Shown here: positions 58,833-64,000 of the stretch, one piece after another
How positions within the stretch are numbered: the stretch's first letter is position 1
Layout of the letters: each line of letters opens with the position of its first letter
Program-made: the position numbers and the translations under genes
Notes under the pieces: generated by a model
Databases searched by the model: none
Told to the model about the DNA's origin: nothing
What the model saw: the letters and a program-made list of their open reading frames with translations, nothing else
DNA from: Cenarchaeum sp.
GTDB lineage: Archaea; Thermoproteota; Nitrososphaeria; Nitrososphaerales; Nitrosopumilaceae
Assembly: GCA_965206845.1 (NCBI GenBank)
Contig: OZ242221.1
Coordinates: 832,001 to 896,000, forward strand
DNA length: 64,000 nucleotides
Direction: 5' to 3'

Positions 58833-59306
58833 CTATCGCCCAGATGCAAGCGCCTTGAGGTTTGTCAGCTCGGTCTTTAGCGACTCGATCTGAACCCTGG
58901 TCTCAAGGTTTGCGATCTCTGCCTTGAGGTGCTCTATCTCTGAGTCCTTTATCTTAACCGTGGCTCTCAGTTGGTCCAGCTCGTTGTTCAGCTCGATCTT
59001 TGCCTCGCTTATCTCGGCATCGTTTGCCGCGCTTCCATCGGCCTTGAAGACCTGGACGACCTGGCCCTCGTTGGTTGCGCTCTTCTCCCCATGCCCGGCT
59101 TGTGCATGTTCCCAAGCCTTCATGTAGTCGGCGCTCTTCTGCGAGAACCAGCACGCAAAGGTCAGAAACCACGTTATGGTCACCGCCATTATGAAGATAA
59201 AGTTGAGTACCGGGGCAAATCCCATGAACCATGGCCATAGCCCGGTCAGAACCGCGGCAAACGCACCTGTTGCGACGGTGGCTAGCTGGTTTCCCAGGTA
59301 TCCCAT
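58833..59306 (-). CDS. Two-TM protein with C-terminal coiled coil
   Basis: Two N-terminal hydrophobic helices; heptad-rich C-terminus. Confidence 0.7.
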   Translation of the reverse strand: MGYLGNQLATVATGAFAAVLTGLWPWFMGFAPVLNFIFIMAVTITWFLTFACWFSQKSADYMKAWEHAQAGHGEKSATNEGQVVQVFKADGSAANDAEISEAKIELNNELDQLRATVKIKDSEIEHLKAEIANLETRVQIESLKTELTNLKALASGR

Positions 59307-59355
59307 GACACTGATAGAAATTTCTGGTTTATAATAGTAATGGCATCAGGCGGGG

Positions 59356-59446
59356 GTATATGCTCAGATCCAAGGTCTGTCTAGGCACAAAAATACATGA
59401 CACCATGCAAAACCACGTTTAGCATTGAACGGGATCAGGGTATGTA
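59356..59446 (-). repeat. Dispersed 91-bp non-coding element, copy B
   Basis: Reverse complement is 73/91 identical to 34885-34975. Confidence 0.8.
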
Positions 59447-59587
59447 CAGGCGGGGTTTTGCCCCACGTACACACGGCATCCGGCCCGCGTAGGAGGCGCA
59501 TGCGTGTCTACCGATACGGCTCCTGCCCTTCAGCAGCTGTCGCTGTCATTTGAGAAATGGTAAAAAGAAGAGGGGGAAACCGTCTGA

Positions 59588-59803
59588 TCATTCGCTGTCT
59601 GATCTTTGGGTTTCGGATTGTAAAATTTTGATCTTTTCCATCAGCTCGTTTCGTAGATCGCTTGCCACTCTTCTCACTGTTGGTCTTGGCACATCAAGAT
59701 CGTCAACGATCTTGCTGTATATCTCCTGCTTGCTGGTCAGACCCTGGTCAATATAGGAGTTGATTGCCTCTTTGATAACGGCGCTTTGATTCGTTCGGAT
59801 CAT
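59588..59803 (-). CDS. Small helical protein, possible HTH (71 aa)
   Basis: KQEIYSKIVDDLDVPRPTVRRVASDLR; TATA-like TTATATA about 25 nt upstream. Confidence 0.7.
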   Translation of the reverse strand: MIRTNQSAVIKEAINSYIDQGLTSKQEIYSKIVDDLDVPRPTVRRVASDLRNELMEKIKILQSETQRSDSE

Positions 59804-59856
59804 AGTTTCAAGTTTCTAATTGTTATATATAAGATTATTACTGCTGATTTGGTACG

Positions 59857-60924
59857 TGTAGTATATGAAAATCATGTCGCCCTCTGTCTGGGCCGTCAGT
59901 CATTGATATCTGCCTCCATCCATCTGGAATTTTGCTGTCTTATCTCGTCGATCGCCCTCTTGTTGCGGAACGCCATCAGCGGCGTCTCGTAGTTGTCGAT
60001 GTCCAGTGAAAAGTGCAGTCTGTCGGTGTTGTAGTACTCGACATAGTCGTCCAGACCACCGTAGTGCCATATTTCCTCCTCGATGCTCCTGTGAAACCTC
60101 TCTAGTTTTCCGTTGGTCTGCGGGTGATATGGTCTTGAGTTGATCAGCTCTATGTTGCGGTTCAGCAGCTCGTTATCAAAGAGGGTCGGAGTCCAGGTGC
60201 CTGTCTGCTTCTTGTGGCCGCCCCTGCCGACGAAGCACGAGCCGTTGTCGGACAGGACAGTCGCCGGCACGCCGAACCTGCCGACGGCCTGTCGGAGCAC
60301 CGCCACCGCGTTCTCTGAGGTGGCCTCCTTGAACAATGCCGCGCCCGTAACGCATCTGGAGGCATCATCAAGATACGTGATCAGGTTCAGATCCTTCATG
60401 CGCGGATCCTTCATCACATGCCAGTCAGTATGCCACATGGCATTCGAGTACAGGCGCTCGTACCTGACCCACTTGCGCCTCCTCGACTTTGCCGGAGAGT
60501 CGACGACCAGGCCGTTGGACTTCATTATCTGGTATACGCGAGAGTAGCTTATATCGTGTCCCTCCTTCCGAAGCCTCCTGGCTGTCCGTAGCACACCCTC
60601 CGGCTTGCGCCCGTGAACGTCTAATACCATATTGATTTCTTCGTTGGACGGTGGGAGATCTGCCGGCCGCCCTGCAGGCTGCTGGACATGGATCGAACCG
60701 ATCCCGTTGAATTCGGCCCACAGTCGCTGCACATGCCTCTGGGTGGCGTTGATCTCTTCTGCGACCACCTTGGTGTCTTTGCCCTTCTCCAGCTGCCTGA
60801 CGGCGTATCGGATGGCCTTGTTGGTCAGGCGTGTTGGCATGGGGTGCCTGGACTTGTGTAGTGTAAAATACTCTTGGGCAGTACGCCGGACTCTTGGCGC
60901 GCGACATAATTTCTGTACAATAGA
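59857..60924 (-). mobile_element. IS481-like insertion sequence with 16-bp target duplication
   Basis: Imperfect 24-bp TIRs (17/24) at 59857-59880 (starts TGT) and 60901-60924; CTGCTGATTTGGTACG at 59841-59856 and 60925-60940. Confidence 0.85.
59896..60840 (-). CDS. IS481-like integrase-core (rve) DDE transposase
   Basis: N-terminal HTH; WHTD, YLDDASR, LSDNG, HPQTNGKLERFH, YN..R.H.SL. Confidence 0.92.
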   Translation of the reverse strand: MPTRLTNKAIRYAVRQLEKGKDTKVVAEEINATQRHVQRLWAEFNGIGSIHVQQPAGRPADLPPSNEEINMVLDVHGRKPEGVLRTARRLRKEGHDISYSRVYQIMKSNGLVVDSPAKSRRRKWVRYERLYSNAMWHTDWHVMKDPRMKDLNLITYLDDASRCVTGAALFKEATSENAVAVLRQAVGRFGVPATVLSDNGSCFVGRGGHKKQTGTWTPTLFDNELLNRNIELINSRPYHPQTNGKLERFHRSIEEEIWHYGGLDDYVEYYNTDRLHFSLDIDNYETPLMAFRNKRAIDEIRQQNSRWMEADIND

Positions 60925-61153
60925 CTGCTGATTTGGTACGGGAGGAGCCCGCCATTCTGGCAGTCCCGTATGGCCGGGTCCCGTACGCGGAGTGCGCTGC
61001 GCCCGCCGACGCGCGGTCTGCAACCCTGCCGGCACGGGACTGCACCCGAGCGCGCTACGTGTGCTCTAGGGGCAATCAGGCGTGATCCTGCCGCAGGTAA
61101 GAGCGCGGTATCCCTTTAAAGTAAATGAAAAAGAAAGTAGTTAGTGAACCCTA

Positions 61154-61453
61154 CTAATCGATTAGTTCTGTCCAACCTTTTGTGAAGACGGAGTTTCTGT
61201 AGAGTGGGACTGGCTGTCCAACGGTAAAGTCCATTGGCCTCATCCAGAAGATTGCCTTCGTCGGGCATACACCGATGCATGCACCATCAGAGATGCATCT
61301 CTCGGGGTAAAAGACGAATGCTTTCCCTCTCTTCCAGCCTTCAACTGGTTTTACTCTCAGTACGTCAGGTCCCAGTGTTGTGCATATCTCAACGCATAGA
61401 GCGCATCCGATACACATCTGTTCGCTGATGTCCGGTAAAATTGCTACTGGCAT
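61154..61453 (-). CDS. 2x[4Fe-4S] ferredoxin
   Basis: CIGCALCVEIC and CISDGACIGVCP. Confidence 0.92.
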   Translation of the reverse strand: MPVAILPDISEQMCIGCALCVEICTTLGPDVLRVKPVEGWKRGKAFVFYPERCISDGACIGVCPTKAIFWMRPMDFTVGQPVPLYRNSVFTKGWTELID

Positions 61454-61505
61454 TTCAATCTAAGTCTGTGCTTGATCTTAATATAATTTACTTAAAATGA
61501 CCAGA

Positions 61506-61541
61506 TTATAACGGTGTTTGAAAATTTTATAACGGTGTTTG
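61506..61541. promoter_or_regulatory. Tandem 15-bp direct repeat upstream of the ferredoxin promoter
   Basis: TTATAACGGTGTTTG at 61506-61520 and 61527-61541 (21-bp period). Confidence 0.55.
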
Positions 61542-62123
61542 GAACCGGAGCCCGACCACCGACACGGATGTCTTCACAGAGAGATCGTTTCGCAACAGAT
61601 CCGCTGTGATTCCCTTCTGTGAGCCCTTCAGGTTGATTATGCACATTTTGCTGATCTGCATCAGTGGAATGTTCAGCGGAGACAGGGTCAGATCCCGATC
61701 CATTGTCAACATGCAGGAGCAGACCACCCTGGATCCTGACTGCCCTGCCATGGCAGCCAGCATCATGACGTAGGAGTTCGGCATTCGGCCCGAGTCTCCC
61801 ATGCCAGGCAGGCTGTAAAGACCGTTCAGTGAGTCCACGATTACCAGGCATCTGTTCTGCGAGACTGTCCGGTATGTCCTTGCAAGCATATCTACCAAGT
61901 TCCCTGCACATACCTGCTGGAGAACCGTGCCTGGCCTCTGGGATATGACGCCCGTCTTCACATATCCGCTGTACAGAAGATCAAAGTCCAGATAGATTAC
62001 GGACGGGTGTGTCTTGGTCAGCTCTTCTAGGAACATCTGTTTTAGAAAGGGATCCCGGGCACACACCAGATTTAGTGTCTCTTTGCTGATGAGGTCTGCT
62101 ACGCCCTCACCATTTTTAACCAA
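61527..62123 (-). CDS. Hypothetical protein, possibly degenerate RecA/KaiC-like fold
   Basis: VIYLDFD and LVIVDSLN (Walker-B-like), no Walker A. Confidence 0.6.
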   Translation of the reverse strand: MVKNGEGVADLISKETLNLVCARDPFLKQMFLEELTKTHPSVIYLDFDLLYSGYVKTGVISQRPGTVLQQVCAGNLVDMLARTYRTVSQNRCLVIVDSLNGLYSLPGMGDSGRMPNSYVMMLAAMAGQSGSRVVCSCMLTMDRDLTLSPLNIPLMQISKMCIINLKGSQKGITADLLRNDLSVKTSVSVVGLRFQTPL

Positions 62124-62152
62124 CAGAGGAACAGGCCTGTTCTGGTATAATA

Positions 62153-63301
62153 ATGAACCCGAGAAGCCTGATCGATGATTTTGCCGGGGCAGAAAAGATC
62201 TACCTCAACAACGCGTCTGTCTCCCTGCTGCCCACGGTCAGCATAAAGGCAATGACTGACTTTCTGGTGACGTATAACCGGGCGGGGCCCGACTCGATGT
62301 ACGCCGACTCGTACGTCGCCGGAAACCTGCGGAGCACGAGAAAGGTGATATCGGAGATGATCGGGTGCAGGCCAGAAGAGATAGCTCTCACACAAAGCAC
62401 CACGGACGGGATAAACATGGTTGCCAGCGGCATCAAGCTTCCGCCACACTCCAACATCATACTCCGCGGGGCCGCCCACGAGCACCATGCAAACTACTAC
62501 CCGTGGCTCAACCTTTCAAAGAGGGCCGGGATAAAGAGTCTGGAGATAGACGACAACGGGTTCTTTGATATGCGCCAGCTGAAGAGTGCGATCGATAGCA
62601 ATACCCGACTGGTGGCCCTAAGTCATGCGCTGTACAATACGGGCGCCATACTCCCCATACAGGAGGTGGGTGAGATTCTGGGGAAGGAGAACATCCCATT
62701 CTTTGTGGACGCGGCGCAGACTGTCGGCTGTGCTGGCAGTTTCGATGTCGGGGCGCTGGGGTGCAATTTCATGTCATTTAACGGATCCAAGTGGCTGTGC
62801 GGTCCCATGGGGACGGGACTGTTCTACTGCAGAAGAGACTCCGGCAGTCTGCTCGAGCCCACACAAATTGGCTACGAGTCGGCCATGATATACGATGGGG
62901 ACCAGCTGGCGTTCAAGGATGCGCCGGACAGGTTCCAGGCAGGATTTCGGAACTATGTCGGCATGGTGGGATTGGAGGCATCGGCAAGATATCTGCTGGA
63001 GCACGGCCTGCAGAACATCAGGCGAAGGATCATCGTGCTCGCAGACCAGCTGCGTGACGGACTGGCAGAGATTCCGGGGGTTACGCTGTATGGGCCAGCC
63101 GAGCAGGAACGCAGAACCAGCATAGTCTCGTTTACCGTGGCCGGACACAGTCCAAAGCAGATAGTAGAGAGGATGGAGATGAGGGGCATCGTGCTTGCAG
63201 AGCGGGAGAGCCTTGACAAGAAGATGGTCAGGGCGTCGCCGCACCTCTTCAATACAGAGGACGATATTCAAGCGGTAATACGCGCGATCAGGGATCTATA
63301 G
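62153..63301 (+). CDS. Class V PLP enzyme (cysteine desulfurase-like fold, lacks the catalytic Cys loop)
   Basis: YLNNA, STTDG, EHHAN..PW, VDAAQ, GSKWLCGP.G.G, RASPH.FNT. Confidence 0.85.
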   Translation: MNPRSLIDDFAGAEKIYLNNASVSLLPTVSIKAMTDFLVTYNRAGPDSMYADSYVAGNLRSTRKVISEMIGCRPEEIALTQSTTDGINMVASGIKLPPHSNIILRGAAHEHHANYYPWLNLSKRAGIKSLEIDDNGFFDMRQLKSAIDSNTRLVALSHALYNTGAILPIQEVGEILGKENIPFFVDAAQTVGCAGSFDVGALGCNFMSFNGSKWLCGPMGTGLFYCRRDSGSLLEPTQIGYESAMIYDGDQLAFKDAPDRFQAGFRNYVGMVGLEASARYLLEHGLQNIRRRIIVLADQLRDGLAEIPGVTLYGPAEQERRTSIVSFTVAGHSPKQIVERMEMRGIVLAERESLDKKMVRASPHLFNTEDDIQAVIRAIRDL

Positions 63302-63562
63302 GCCTTCTTGCTCTTCGATTACTATCATTGTAAGCGTGGATTGTACATTCGGAACCTTGCGGATTCTGTTTGTGATGAGTGTCCGTAGTTTTTCCGTGCT
63401 GTCTGCGGTCAGTTTCAGAACTATATCATACACACCATACACGCCCTGAACCTCAAAGGCAATGCCGGATTCACCATCCAGCAGTTGCTTTACCTCGGTA
63501 ATTATTGATCTGTCCGAACCCAGATCTGAGTTGAGCAGAACATAAGATGTTGGCACATCCAA
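63296..63562 (-). CDS. Stand-alone Lrp/AsnC ligand-binding (RAM) domain protein
   Basis: YVLLN...G, VYGVYDIV, IR.V.NV.ST.T. Confidence 0.85.
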   Translation of the reverse strand: MDVPTSYVLLNSDLGSDRSIITEVKQLLDGESGIAFEVQGVYGVYDIVLKLTADSTEKLRTLITNRIRKVPNVQSTLTMIVIEEQEGL

Positions 63563-63807
63563 TTTTTCTTTAGAAGGTATTTAACTCTTAACAGAAGGCA
63601 GCGTACCGTATCGCGCCTTTCCCATTTAGGTACGGATGCGCACATTTCGGATGAGTGTTTGCGCACGTTCCGATGCAGCAGACAGCCAAGTACAGAACGG
63701 CGCGTGAGAAGACGGCCAGACGTACAAACCGCGCACAAACGACTGGCAGCCGCTCCGTGTACTGCAGGCGCATCAACACTGATTAGCGGCAACGCCATCG
63801 GCTTGAC

Positions 63808-64000
63808 ATGAAGCCGATAGATCTCACAATGAGCATATCGCCCAGACTGCCCACCTTTCCGGGCTCGCCGGGCCCGCAGTTTGTTCAGTGGAATAGGATA
63901 CACGACTCGGGATACAACTTGGAGCTCGTCTTTTTTAGCACGCATACGGGAACGCATCTGGACGCGCCGTACCACTTTGCGGAGGGCGGCAGAAAGATAC
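63808..64000 (+). CDS. Cyclase family protein (kynurenine formamidase-like), partial
   Basis: Manual translation MKPIDLTMSISPRLPTFPGSPGP...HTGTHLDAPYHF; runs off the window end; not in the ORF track. Confidence 0.9.
   Translation, partial: MKPIDLTMSISPRLPTFPGSPGPQFVQWNRIHDSGYNLELVFFSTHTGTHLDAPYHFAEGGRKI

Noticed and set aside
1-64000. CRISPR array, cas genes or rRNA
   Set aside because: No regularly spaced repeats, cas motifs or rRNA-like sequence seen; none next to tnpB either

Overview
Core-genome segment of a GC-rich ammonia-oxidiser-type archaeon (Nitrososphaerota/Thaumarchaeota, probably Nitrosopumilaceae/Cenarchaeum-like). The assignment is inferred from egsA, the proteasome beta subunit, aCPSF1, Nep1, the archaeal pok-pps CoA route, a PEF-CTERM protein and thaumarchaeal-type secreted proteins. 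It carries about 60 CDS and three tRNAs: Gly-TCC, Val-GAC and Arg-CCT with a D-loop intron. The most notable items are: (1) a 2.15-kb element (38565-40715) bounded by 13-bp perfect TIRs and an 8-bp TSD, resembling IS1595/IS6-type DDE ends, that carries a truncated TnpB with an omegaRNA-like hairpin array at its right end and is interrupted by a nested IS5-family element; (2) an HTH + ATP-cone + apparently inactive class III RNR fusion transcribed divergently from B12-dependent nrdJ, with inverted repeats flanking the nrdJ promoter, a candidate archaeal nucleotide-sensing regulator; (3) an IS481-like element with a 16-bp TSD; (4) a 91-bp dispersed non-coding repeat, an att-like scar after tRNA-Gly, a transposase remnant, and several microproteins missing from the ORF track. 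All calls come from manual motif reading; no database searches were run, and many start codons are estimates.
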